Numbered from the stretch's first letter, positions 24,571 to 36,713 are shown. The stretch: DNA of 64,000 bases from Mobula hypostoma (GCF_963921235.1 NC_086097.1:233308001-233372000), one strand, 5' to 3'. The notes: generated by a model not told the origin, from the sequence alone. Numbers and translations are program-made.

Positions 24571-25090
24571 TTGCTGTGTGTCAACACTGGTGCACCTCAA
24601 AGATGCATGCTTAACCCACTGCACTACTCTCTCTCTATACCCACGACTGTGTGGCTAGGCACAGCTCAAACGCCATCTGTAAATTTGCCGATGATACAAC
24701 TGTTATCAGCAGAATTTCAGCTGGTGATGAGGAGTGTACAGGATAAGGCGTAAGATGGATCAGCTGGTTGAGTGGTGTCAACGTCAGTAAGACCAAGGAA
24801 TTGATTGTGGACTTCAGGAAGGGAAAGTCAAAGGAACACACTCCAGTCCTCATCGAGGGATCAGCAGTGGAAAGGGTGAACATTTTTAAGTTACACATAT
24901 AAGAATTGCTGGTGAACGCAGCAGGCCAGGCAGCATCTCTAGGAAGAGGTACAGTCGACGTTTCAGGCTGAGACCCTAGTCCTGATGAGACGCTAGTCCT
25001 GCATCACCATCTGGTATGGACGGGCCACTGCACAGGATCAGAGAAGGATACAGAGATTTGCAGACTCAACCAGCTCCATCATTTAAACAG
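24570..25090 (+). mobile_element. Rex1/Babar RT fragment with a Penelope remnant inserted at about 24893-24999
   Basis: NTGAPQRCMLNPL, aaatttgccgatgatacaac (KFADDT), aagaccaaggaattgattgtggacttcagg (KTKELIVDFR). Confidence 0.75.
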
Positions 25091-26039
25091 GCCCTTCATT
25101 CCCATTGAGCTGCACTGCCCAGCAACCCAGCTATTAACCCTAACCTAATGATAGGACAATTTACAACAACCAATTAACCTTCTAACTGGAGGAAACCGGA
25201 CCTCCCAGAGGAAGAACATCAATTTTCTGATGCTGGAATTGAACTCTGAACTCCAATGAGACGAGCTGAGCTAGTCGCTATGCTACAGTAGTGTCCTGGC
25301 AGGAAGCCTCATCACCAGGATCAGTAAAAAGGGACATTCTTGGTTGCATGAACATAGTCTTGGTGCCATCACACAGTGTGTCTGATTGAGGGGGGTGGGG
25401 TTAAGAATTCTATCCATCTTCTCTGGAATTTGCTTTTACTAGAAGGTCTGGAAAGGAATGTGGAAATTTTAATGAGGTTCTACATAGCACACGACTCCGT
25501 ACAAATTGAGTTAATACTAATACAGCCCGTAGCCTCAAGATTATGGGTAAATAATGCCCTCTGTGATCCACCCACTGGTCCCCAGTGCAAAGGAACTGCA
25601 GGCAAGCATATCCAAAACAGTATTAGGTTTATGATGACTGGCATACTTCATGAAATGTGTTGTTTTGCAGCAGCAGTCTACAGTATGCAAAACCTAAAAG
25701 GTACGATATGTTACACAACTAAATAAATAATGCAAAAGATAAATTATGGAGGTTCACGGACAGTTCATGGACTGTTCAGAAATCTGTTGGCTGAGAGGAA
25801 AGTGCTGTTCCTTAAACACTGAGTGTGGTTCGTCAGGCTCCTGGACCTCCTTCCGGGTAGTAGAGGTAGTACTGTGAAAGGGAGCATGTCCCGGATGGTG
25901 AGAGTCTTCAATGACGGAGGTCTCTTTGAGGTATTGCTTTTGAAGATGTCCTCAGTGGTGGGAGGGTTTAGCCCACGATGGAGCTATCTGCATTCTCAGC
26001 TCTCTGCAGAGTCCGGCAATCCTGTGCATTGGAGACACT

Positions 26040-27028
26040 ATTTCAAAACACTGTGTGTCCGACAGAGTGATCAGCAGCAACTGGGGCTCCACAGGGGACT
26101 GTCTTGTCTCCCTTTCTCTTCACCATTATCACCTCGGACTTCAACTACTGCACAGAGTCTTGTCATCTTCAGAAGTTTTCTGATGGCTCTGCCATAGTTG
26201 GATGCATCAGCAAGGGAGATGAGGCTGAGTACAGGGCTACTGTAGGAAACTTTGTCACATGGTGTGAGCAGAATTATCTGCAGCTTAATGTGAAAAAGAC
26301 TAAGGAGCTGGTGGTAGACCTGAGGAGAGCTAAGGTACCAGTGACCCCTGTTTCCATCCAGGGGGTCAGTGTGGACATGGTGGAGGATTACAAATACCTG
26401 GGGATACGAATTGACAATAAACTGGACTGGTCAAAGAACACTGAAGCTGTCTACAAGAAGGGTCAGAGCCGTCTCTATTTCCTGAGGAGACTGAGGTCCT
26501 TTAACATCTGTCGGACAATGCTGAGGATGTTCTACGAGTCTGTGGTGGCCAGTGCGATCATGTTTGCTGTTGCGTGCTGGGGCAGCAGACTGAGGGTAGC
26601 AGACACCAACAGAATCAATAAACTCATTCGTAAGGCCAGTGATGTTGTGGGGATGGAACTGGACTCTCCGATGGTGGTGTCTGAAAAGAGGATGCTGTTG
26701 AAGTTGCATGCCATCTTGGACAATGTCTCCCATCCACTACATAATGGACTGCTTGGGCACAGGAGTACATTCAGCCAGAGACTCATTCCACTGAGATGCA
26801 ACACAGAGCATCACAGGAAGTCATTCCTGCCTGTAGCCATCAAACTTTACAACTCCTCCCTTGGAGAGTCAGACACCTTGAGCCAATAGGCTGGTCCTGG
26901 ACTTATTTCCTGGCATAATTTACATATTATTATTTAATTATTTATGGTTTATCTCTATTTAATTATTTAGGGTGCAACTGTAACGAAAACCAATTTCCCT
27001 CCGGATCAATAAAGTATGACTATGACTA
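26040..27028 (+). mobile_element. Rex1 LINE, 5'-truncated, young
   Basis: Open RT C-terminal ORF; 3' UTR with aataaa and (tatgac)n tail. Confidence 0.92.
26104..26889 (+). CDS. Rex1 reverse transcriptase C-terminal part
   Basis: SPFLF...HLQKFSD.SAIVGCI...LNVKKTKELVVD...YKYLG...RLYFLRRLRSF...SFLPVAIKLYN. Confidence 0.85.
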   Translation: MSPFLFTIITSDFNYCTESCHLQKFSDGSAIVGCISKGDEAEYRATVGNFVTWCEQNYLQLNVKKTKELVVDLRRAKVPVTPVSIQGVSVDMVEDYKYLGIRIDNKLDWSKNTEAVYKKGQSRLYFLRRLRSFNICRTMLRMFYESVVASAIMFAVACWGSRLRVADTNRINKLIRKASDVVGMELDSPMVVSEKRMLLKLHAILDNVSHPLHNGLLGHRSTFSQRLIPLRCNTEHHRKSFLPVAIKLYNSSLGESDTLSQ

Positions 27029-27239
27029 AAATATGATGAACCTCTCAGGAGGCTCTCCATGGTACATAGGAAGAAATTTGCGTGAGCCTTTGGTGACATA
27101 CCAAACCTCTTCAAACTCCCTGAATTGCAGTTTCTGCAAAGGTTCTCTATGGTAGACCCTCCCTGAAAAGGACGCTATCAGGCTGTTTGCTCAAGGAGTA
27201 CGTGAAAAGGAAAATACATGTTTTGTTAACGTCAATGTA

Positions 27240-27763
27240 TACTCAGTGACTACTTTATTAGTACCTCAAACGAGTACATGTACATAGACATCTGCTGCTT
27301 TAGCCCATCCACATTGAGGTTCACGTGTTTAGAGATGCTCCTCTGCAAACCACTGTTGTAACACATGGTTAATGAGTTACTGTCACCTTCCTGTCAGCTT
27401 GAAGCAGTCTGGCAATTCTCTTCTGACTTCTCTCACTAACAAGGCATTTTCACCCACAGAACTACAACCTACTGGGTGTTTTTTTGTTTTTTTACACCAT
27501 TCTCCATAAACTCTAGAGACGCTGTGTGTAAAATATCCCACAAAGTTGGCAGTTCATGAGATATTCAAACCACTCGTCTGGCACCAACAATCATTCCTGG
27601 GTCAAAGTCACCGAGATCACATTTCTTCTAAAATCTGTTGTTTGATCCGAGCAACAAATGAACCTTTTGACCATATCAGTATGCTTTTATGCGTTGTTGT
27701 TGTCACATGATTGGCTGATTAGATATTTGCATTAATAAGCATGTGTAGAGGCGTACCTAATAA
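27240..27763 (-). mobile_element. Tc1-derived non-autonomous DNA transposon
   Basis: TIR-like tactcagtgactactttattagtacc and gtacctaataa; reverse complement carries a decayed Tc1 transposase N-terminus; related to 36185-36713. Confidence 0.8.
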
Positions 27764-28366
27764 GCAGGATCTCCCAGTGGCCACACATTTTAATTCCACA
27801 TCCCATTCCCAATCTGATATGTCTAACCATGGCCTCCTCTACTGTCAAGATGAAGCCACACTCAGGTTGGAGGAACAACACCTTATATTCCATCTGGCTA
27901 GCCTCCAACCTGATGGCATGAACATTGACTTCTATAACTATCGTTAATGTCCCTCCTCCCCTTTGTATTTATTTTCCCCTTTTTCTCTCTCTCTTTTTTC
28001 TCCCTCTGTCCCTCTCACTGTAACTTCTTGCCTGCTCTCCATCCTCTGGGCTCCCCTCCCCCTTTCTTTCTCCTTAGGCTTCCCGTCCCATGATCCTCTC
28101 CCTTCTCCAGCCTTGTATCCCTTTTGCCAATCAACTTTCCAGCTCCTAGCTCCATCCCTCCCCCTCCTGTCTTCTCCTATCATTTTGGATCTCCCCCTCC
28201 CCCTCTTAAATCTTTTACTCTCTCTTCTTTCAGTTAGTCCTGACGAAGGGTCTCGGCCCGAAAAGTCGACTACTTCTTCCTATAGGTGCTGCCTGGCCTG
28301 TTGTGTTCACCAGCATTTTGTGTGTGTCGCTTGAATTTCCAGCATCTGCAGATTTCCTCGTGTTTG
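27762..28366 (+). mobile_element. Penelope-like retroelement 3' part: GIY-YIG endonuclease C-terminus and terminal repeat
   Basis: DLPVATHFNSTSHS...RLEEQHLIFHLASLQPDGMNIDF, pyrimidine-rich UTR, hammerhead motif, terminal repeat found many times in the window. Confidence 0.88.
28235..28272 (+). ncRNA. Minimal type I hammerhead ribozyme motif (Penelope-associated)
   Basis: tagtc CTGACGA a gggt-ctcg-gccc GAAA aGTC gacta: stem I tagtc/gacta, core CUGANGA and GAAA, stem II, GUC cleavage triplet; stem III has one substitution versus the palindromic ACGT. Confidence 0.75.
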
Positions 28367-29088
28367 CCTTTCAACATTTGATTGGTTTCAGTGAGGTCAT
28401 CCTACATCCTTCTGAATTCCAGTGAATACAGGTCCAGAAACGTCAGACGTTTTTCATATGACAAGCCATTCAATCCTGAAATCATTTCCATGAACCTCCT
28501 TTATTAGCTTGGGAAAAATCACACTCAGGACAACAAATACATTTTCTGGTCTTTAATTCCTTTATTTTAGATGTTTAATTTCAGAAAGAGGGTATCAAAT
28601 TAAAGACAACAAAATGAATTGAATTGATCCTGCTGTTACAATCTCAGCTTAATTTTGGTCCACACACTTGTGTATCAACTAGTTACGTATGCAGCATGGA
28701 AATAAATAAAACAAGATATACAAATCCAATACAGTAGTGGTAATTCTAAAAAAAAAACAATACAAGCAATATTAGAATCCCACCAACCCTGTACCTCATA
28801 CACAACATCAAAAACATGAATAAATACATCTCATCTTAACTAAGAGATATACTCACTTTGAGACACATGTGCTTAACTTTCAAACATATATAAGCTAGAC
28901 CCTGAAACGAGTTCTCCTTGCTCACACCATGTGAACATTTCTCCGTTGCAGTCACATTCAGTTATGAAACAATGAAGTAAGACAAAATAAACTTTCACAA
29001 AACCTTTTACAACATATTGCATTGTAGTTAAAATCACTGGTAAGGTTAACCTACTCAGCCAATACGGAACTTTGCACAACCACGCTAA

Positions 29089-30483
29089 TGTCACGTACCC
29101 CGTGGCAGGTTAAAGAACCAGCAGAAATAGAAAACACTTTGGAGTTTGGTATTGCTATTAACTAATACTATTTATTAGTAACTACGCAATACAGTAATAT
29201 AAAAATCAGATAAATCAAACAGGTTAGCAAAGATTATATGTATACAAGTGTGGAAATATAGAAACCAAACTTCTTCAAGCCTAGGGGTAAATGGATACAG
29301 TCTTACGGTGATGGGTGATGTTCATTTCAGTTCGTGGTATCGAGTTGAGTAGTGACGGAGACAGAGAGATGTTTGTAATCCAGGGTAGATGTCGAGAGAA
29401 GGCAATTACGTCGATATTCCACAGATTCCACGACAGCAATACAAGATAACAATAGTAATAGGTTTTATCTCCGAAGTTGTTCCATTCCACACACGAAATA
29501 TCACCGACAGTGATCTTCAACGAATATCATTTCAGCACAAGTGGTACCACACCCGAATTCAGCTACGGGACATCTCAAAGTGGTGGCCACAGGATACTCC
29601 AACAGAATCCACGTATGGATTATCACCAACAGTAGCTTATCACTGAGGTACCGTCTTCAAGTGGTAAAACTACCAATCCAGGCAAGGATTATCACACACA
29701 GGGTTACCCCGAACACATAACTGTGACAGCCACTTATCCAGTTCCACGACATATGAAATAACTCCAACAGTGATTTGCCACAGGGGTGCCTTTCTTCAGT
29801 GAACTACCACACCCAAACAAAGGGTAAACACACATGTGGTATTCACAAAGGTTTTCCCCTCACCAGAGAACCCACTCCTGTGGATTAACTAAATGACAAT
29901 CACACTTTCGTAGTTGAATGGAATCAAACTCACCCTTACGGGCTACTTAGAGAGAGAGTCCAAACAGTGATCTCTTTGTCATTAGGTTTTTTTCTGTTTC
30001 AAACCTATCTCTCCTCTTTTCTCTTCCTGCAAACTTGTTCTAGTTGCAGACAACTTGTGAGAGTCATTTATCGATACTCAGGATTGATCTCAACTCACCC
30101 CTTTCTGGGCTACTGAAAGCTTAAACCAGCGACCGACTCACTGGTGTCTTTCAATGCCCGAATCCATCTTGACTCTGAGCATGTGTTTCTCTGTGTGTCA
30201 CTGTCCTTGTAAAAAGTAAACACTCTGCAGAGAAACCATAACATCGATTGTCCATCAAATAATTCCACCTCTTTCTCTCTCTGTCTTTCAATGGCAACCC
30301 AGAAGCTGACAGCGGTAGTCAGTGTCCTTGTAAGTGTAAACACGCTGCAGAGAAACCATAACACCATCTCAAAGCAGTCTTCACCTCTCTCTCTTAATAA
30401 CAAGGAGTTTGTGTTTTACAGCTCCCTCTCTCTCTTTTTAAAGGCACAGTCCATAGAAAAATGAACCCTAGGGGTACATATCA
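29089..30483 (-). mobile_element. Solo-LTR-like element, 1395 bp, 4-bp TSD ctaa
   Basis: Starts tgtcacgtacccc, ends ggggtacatatca; ctaa at 29085-29088 and 30484-30487; minus-strand aataaa near 29171; internal tandem repeats. Confidence 0.75.
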
Positions 30484-30804
30484 CTAACAAGCACCAATAC
30501 CTTACTTGTGAAAATCTAAATCATCCACGTGTATAACATGTCAAATTACCGATATTCTGGATTTACAAACAAGTATAAATGAATTTACATGGATAGTATC
30601 AAATAATATTCACCTTTCCTCACCATATGTCCAGTACTTTATGTTTGTTCTAGAACATTGTAACTCTTCTTTCTACTCCGCACGTGCATAATAGCAACAC
30701 TGTGTTCTGTTAAAGGGACAGGCAGTTATTTTAGCATTACCAAGGTGAGTTCTTAACTGCACTTAACAATAAAATAATAACATTCAACATTCACATGGTT
30801 ACAC

Positions 30805-33800
30805 TTCTTTGAACACTCTCCAGTTTCTACACATACTTTTGAAGATGAGGGGCCCAAAACTGCTCACCATATACCCCGTGAAGCCTCACCAGAGCTTTAT
30901 AAAGTCTCAGCATTACATCCTTGCTTTTATATACTAATCCTCTTGAAATGAAAGCTAACATTGCATTTGCCTTCCTCACCACAGACACAATCTGGAAATT
31001 AACCTTCAGGAAATCCTGCACAAGGACTCCCAAGTTCCTTTGTGCCTCAATTTTTTTTGTATTTTCTCTCCATTTAGAAAATAGTCAACCCTTTCAGTTC
31101 TTCTAACAAAGTGCAGGACCATACTCGACACAATATTCCATCTGCCATTTCTTTGCCTATTCTCTTAATCTGTCTGAGTCCTTCTGTAGCCTCTTTACTT
31201 CCTTAAAACTACCTGCCTGTACAGCTATCTTCATATTGTCTGCAAAATTTTCAACAAAGAATCAGAATCAGGTTTATCATCACTGGCATGTGACATGAAA
31301 TTTATTAACTTAGCGGCAGCAGTTCAATCAATTACGTATGTTGAATAGATTACTAAAAATGTGCAAAAACAGAAATACTGTATATTAAAAAAAGTGAGGT
31401 AGTGTCCAAAGCTTCAAACTCCATTTAGGAATTGGATGGCAGAGGGGAAGAAGCTGTTCCTGAATCGCTGAGTGTATGCCTTTGGGCTTCTGTATCTCCT
31501 ACCTGATGGTAACAGTAAGAAAAGGGCATGCCCTGGGTGCTAGAGGTCTTTAATCGTGGATACTGCCTTTCTGAGACACCACTCCCTAAAGATGTCCTGG
31601 GTACTTTGTAGGCTAGTGCCCAAGATGGAGCTGACTAGATTTACACCTTCTGCAGCTTCTTTCGGAAAGATGGAAAAAAGCCATTAATTCCATCATCCAA
31701 ATCATTGACATGTAATGTAAAAGGAATCAGTCCTAATACAGACCCCTGTGGAACACCACTAGTCACCGGCAGCGAATCAGAAAAGGCTCCCTTTATTACC
31801 ACACTTCACCTCCTACTAATCAGCCACTGCTTTATCCATGCTAGAGTCCTTCCTGTAATACCATGGGCTCTTAGTTTGTTAAGCAGCCTTGTATGTGGCA
31901 CCTCGCAACCACACAACATCAACTGATTCTTCTCTGTTTTTCCTGTCTGTTACTTCTTCAAAGAATTCCAACAGATTTGTCAGGCAAGATTTTCCCTTGA
32001 GGAAATCATGTTGGTAATGGCCGATTTTATCATGTGCCTCCAAGTACCCTGAGACCTCGTTTTAATAATCGACTATACCTGTAGTTTCCTTTCTTCTTCC
32101 TCTCTTCCTTCTTGAAGAGTGGAGTGACTTTTGTAATTTTCCAGTCTTACGGAACCATTCCGGATTTAGTGATTCTGGAAATATCATTACTAATGCCTCC
32201 ACAATCTCTTTAGCTGCCTCTTTCAGAACTGTGGGGCGTACACCATCTGGTGCAGGTGATGTATCCACCTTCAGACCCTTCTTTTTCCCCAAGAACCTTC
32301 TCTCTAGTCATGGTAACTTCACACACTTTATGACCCCTGACACCTGGTACTTCCACCATACTGCTAGTGTCTTCCACAGTGAAGACTGATGCAAAATACC
32401 TAGTGTTCAGTTCATCTAATATTTTGTTTTTATCCATTTGTAACCCCCTCCCCAGCATCATTTTCCAGCAGCCCGATATCTACTCTTGACATCTTTCATG
32501 CTTTATATATATATGAAGAAACTTTTGGTGCCCCCTTTAATATTATTGGCTAGCTTACTTTCGTATTCCATTATTACCTTCTTAATGACTTTTTAGTCAC
32601 CTTCTGTTGGTTATAAAAGCTTCCCAACCCTCTAACTTTCCATTAACCTTTGCTTTATTATATGCCCTCCCTTTGGCTTCTATGGTAGCTTTGACTTCTC
32701 TTGTTTGCATGATTGTGTCTTCTTTCCTTTAAAATACTTCTTTCTCTTTGAAATGTAAGTATTATGCGCCTTCCGAATTGCTTCCAGAAATTGCTCCTCC
32801 ACTATCATCCCTGCCAGTGTTCTTTTCCAATTAATTCTGGCCAGCTACTTTCTCAAGCTCCTGTAATTCCTTTAACTCCACTGTAATACTGATATTTCTG
32901 ACTTTAGCTTCTCCTTGTCAAATTTCAGGGTGAAATCGATCATATTATGATCACTTTCCCCAAAGTTCTTTTTTTTTAAAAAACCATAAGCTCTCTAATC
33001 AACTCTGGTTCATTGCACAGCACCCAATCCAGAATAGCTGATTTCCTTGTGGGCTCAACCAGGAGCTGCTCTAAAGAGCCATCTCATAGGCAATCTAGAA
33101 ATTTTCCCTCCTGGAATCCAGCACCAACCTGATTTTCCCAATCTATCTGCATATTGAAGTTCCCCAAGTTTATTGTAAATTTTTCCCTTTTGGCATGCAT
33201 TTTATATTTCCCAATGTAATTTGTAGGTCACATCCTTACCATTGTTTCCTGGTCTATATACAACTCCAATCGGGGGCTTTTTACCCTTGCAGTTCCTTAA
33301 CTCTATCCACAATGATTCAACATCTTCAACCCTATGTTACCTCTTATATTTTGATTTCATTTTTTACCAAAAGAGCAATGCAGCCCCTTTGCCTTCCTGC
33401 CTGTCCTTTTGATACAATGGGTATCCTTGGACATTAAGCTCCCAGCTATAATCATGTTCCAGCCACGATTCAGTGATGCCTACAATATCATACCTGCCAA
33501 ACTGCAAATGTGCCGTAGGTTCATCTACCTTATTCCATATACTGACTGCATTCAAATGTGATACCTTCTGTCCAGTATTTACCCTTTTTGATTTTGTCCA
33601 TCTTTTACATTGCAACTCATCCTGTTGATGACAGTTTTACCTGATCAACAGCCTCCCCTCACTACACATTGCCCCTGTTTATAAACCAGCTACCCCACTT
33701 TCAGCACTATTATCTGCCTTTTCTATGATACTTCTTGCATTGAAATATTGGCAGCTCAGAACGCTAGTCACACCATGCTCAACCTTTTGATTCCTAACTT

Positions 33801-34900
33801 CGTCTGAGGTCTTACCAACATCTGCCTCCACAACCTCTCCTCTAATTGTTCTGGTACTCTGGTTGCCATCCCCCTGAACCTCTAGTTTAAACCCCACTGT
33901 GCAGCATCAACAAACCTTCCCACTAGGATATTATTACCTCTCTAGTTCAAGTTCAAACAGTTCCTTCTGTACAGGCCCCACCTTCCCTGGAGACTGCCTA
34001 ATGATCCAGAAATCTTATGTCCTCCCTCATACACCAACTCCTTAGCCGTGTATTAAGCTGTATAATCTTCCTAGTTCTGGCCTCACTAACACGTGGTATG
34101 GGTAGTAACCCTGAGATCACAACCCTGGAGGTCCTGCCCTTTACCTTAGGACTCAATTCCTGAACTCCCTATGCAGAACCTTGTCACACATCTTACCCAT
34201 GTCATTGGTACCTACATGGACTACAACTTCTTGCTGTTCACACTCCCACTTAAGAATGTTGAGGACTTGACCTAGACATTGGCACCCGGGAGGCAACATA
34301 CCATCCAGGAAACTTGTACTCATCCACAGAACCTCCTGTTGTTCTCCTAACAAATGCCCTATCACCACAGTGTACCTTTTCGCCCACCTTCCCTTGAGTC
34401 ACAGACAGTATCCAAAGTGATACACCTGTTGTTGAGGGGGATGGCCACAAGGGTTCTCTGCACTAGCTCCTTGATGTCTTTCCCATTCTTGACTGTCACC
34501 CAATCTCTTGTATCCTGCTCTTTGGGTGCAACTACCTTGCTATCTGCCCTATCACCCTTCAGCCTCTCGAATTATCCGGAGTTCATCCAGTTCCAAATCC
34601 TTAATGTAGATTGTTAGATGCTGCAGCTGGATGCACTTCTCGCAGTTGTAGTCGTCAGGGCCACGTAAAGTCTTTCTGCATTCCCACATCTCGCAAGAGG
34701 AGCATTCATCAGTCCTGCCTGGCATCTCTACTCTCTTAATGGAGCAGATATAAAGAAGGAAAGGAAAAAGAAAAAAAAACTTAACCTAGGGCTTTTCTTT
34801 TCTTTGCTTTCTCTGACTGTAGCCTCTCTTTGGAGAAGCCTCGATAAGTTAAAGCCTGAAGATCACCACTCTGACTCTCTCCACTCAAATGATGGCCAGT
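30805..34900 (-). mobile_element. Long degraded CR1 LINE (5' UTR, ORF1, endonuclease, RT; internal deletions; 3' end missing)
   Basis: VVVHVGTND (ORF1), YFNARS and IVGITESWL (APE), SPAPDGVRP, RYFASVFTVED, ANAMLAFISRG. Confidence 0.88.
31260..31680 (-). mobile_element. Rex/Babar 3' end inserted in the CR1
   Basis: aatcagaatcagg tail; gaagaagctgttcctgaatc is the reverse complement of RFRNSFF; aaag on both flanks; CR1 resumes ccattaattccatcatcc. Confidence 0.7.
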
Positions 34901-35477
34901 GTGATGATGGGTCCTGTGCTTGCTCCTGCCTTCCTTTAATTTGTTCTTGCTAATCAATCGCCAGCGCCGACTGGTCACTGGTCAAAGCTCTTTGTCGCTG
35001 TAGTGACCCGCTGCTGCCTTTTGCACTCGGGCAGTGGACCTGATTGAACTCCCCTCCTCTCAAAACTTCTGATGTCTGAGCCACTGTTATACTAGCATGG
35101 ATAGAAAATTGACTGACTGAAAGGAGGCAATGAGTGGGAATAAAGGGAGTCATTTCTGGTTAGTGACTAGTAGTGTTCCATAGGATCGGTGCTGACCAAA
35201 CTTCTTTTTACATTATATAATTAGTTGTTTTCTTTCATTCAGCAGATCAGCCATGACAACAATATAAGAAGCACAATCATTGAAGCTATTTGTTTGATGA
35301 GAGTTTTCCAAAAAATAGAATGCATTACTAATTTCCATTCATTGGTCATTGGCTGCAGTTTACCATCACAGCAGGCTTGCACATGTCCAGGACAAAGGAA
35401 CAGGCGGGAATAATCATTGTGGACACTACACACCCTGCCTTTCCAAAAGCACCCTTCTGGAATGTGCTACAGGGCCA

Positions 35478-35786
35478 TTAGAAACATCGAAACATAGAAA
35501 ATAGGTGCAGGAGTAGGCCATTCGGCCCTTTGAGCCTGCACCGCCATTCAGTATGATCATGGCTGATCATCCATCTCAGAACCCTGTACCTGCCCCCTGA
35601 TCCCTTTAGCCACAAGGGCCATATCTAACTCCCTCTTAAATATAGCCAATGAACTGGCCTCAACTGTTTCCTGTGGCAGAGAATTCCACAGATTCACCAC
35701 CTCTGTGGGAAGAAGTTTTTCCTCATCTCGGTCCTAAAAGGCTTCCGCTTTATCCTTAAACTGTGACCCCTCGTTCTGGACATCTC
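35478..35786 (-). mobile_element. Young CR1 3' fragment, same subfamily as 56985 and 61780
   Basis: (tagaaaca)n tail; near-identical reverse complement of 62880-63190. Confidence 0.9.
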
Positions 35787-36184
35787 CAAAACAAAAAAAA
35801 AATCATGGCATCTTAAAATTTTCTTTATCTATTAACCCCATCACTGCACTGCAAACACTTCAAACAACTTTTTATAATCCTGCTTGCATTGACAATACAT
35901 GAACATTTTATTCCCTATTCATACTTTAACCACCAACGTTATTTTGATATAATTCTTCACTCTTTATAATTGTTGACCCTATAATCCAAAAATCTTTCTG
36001 TTGATGTTCAACTGGTAACTGCACAATTTATTTCCTTTCAGTTCTGTTTTGAAGTTTAATGACAGTTTCATGTTTGTGTTAATGAGTGTGCAAACTGTCA
36101 AATTTCCCAGATCTTTGTAATTGTTCCTATTTTCTAAAGTGAGCAAAAGCATATCAATTATTTTCAACAGGCTGCAATGCTATA

Positions 36185-36713
36185 CACTTAGTGGCCACTT
36201 TGTTAGGTACACCTGGACACCTGCTGGTTAAAGCAAGAATCTAATCAGCCAATCATGTGGCAGTGTTTCAATGCATAAAAACATGCAGACATGGTCAGGA
36301 GGTTTTAATTGTTCAGACCAAACATCAAATTGGAGCAGAAATGTGATCTAAGTGACTTTGATGGTGGAATGATTGTTGGAGCTGGACAGGCTTGAGTGTC
36401 CTAGAAACTGCTAATCTTCTGGGATTTTTATTTATTACAGTCTCTAGAGTTTAGAGAATCGTGCATAAGCTAAAAATATCCATTGAGAGACAATTCTGCG
36501 GGCAAGATTGCCTTGTAATTGAGAGAGGTCTGAGGGGAATGGCCAGACTAGGTCAAGCTGAAAGAAAGCCAGTGGTAACCAAAATAACTACATGTTACAA
36601 CAGTGGTGTTGAACCTTGAAGTGGATGGCTACAGGCAGCAGAAAACCAGAAATATACACTCAGTGGACATTTTATTAGGTACAGGAGTTATCTAATCAAG
36701 TGGCCACTGAATG
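36185..36713 (+). mobile_element. Tc1-derived non-autonomous DNA transposon, TA flanks
   Basis: TA-cacttagtggccactttgttaggtacacc...aagtggccactgaatg-TA; internal gatctaagtgactttgatggtggaatgattgttgga (DLSDF..GMIVG, Tc1 N-terminus). Confidence 0.85.

Larger units (their letters stand above)
25625..27120 (-). mobile_element. Old Rex/Babar 3' fragment split by a younger Rex1 (25625-26035 and 27029-27120)
   Basis: aaagtgctgttcc...gagtcttcaatgacgg...tcctgtgcattgga resumes as tgatgaacc...gctctccatggtacat...tttggtgacataccaaac. Confidence 0.65.

Noticed and set aside
27963..28334. Leu/Pro/Ser-rich 123-aa ORF
   Set aside because: It is the translation of the pyrimidine-rich Penelope 3' UTR.
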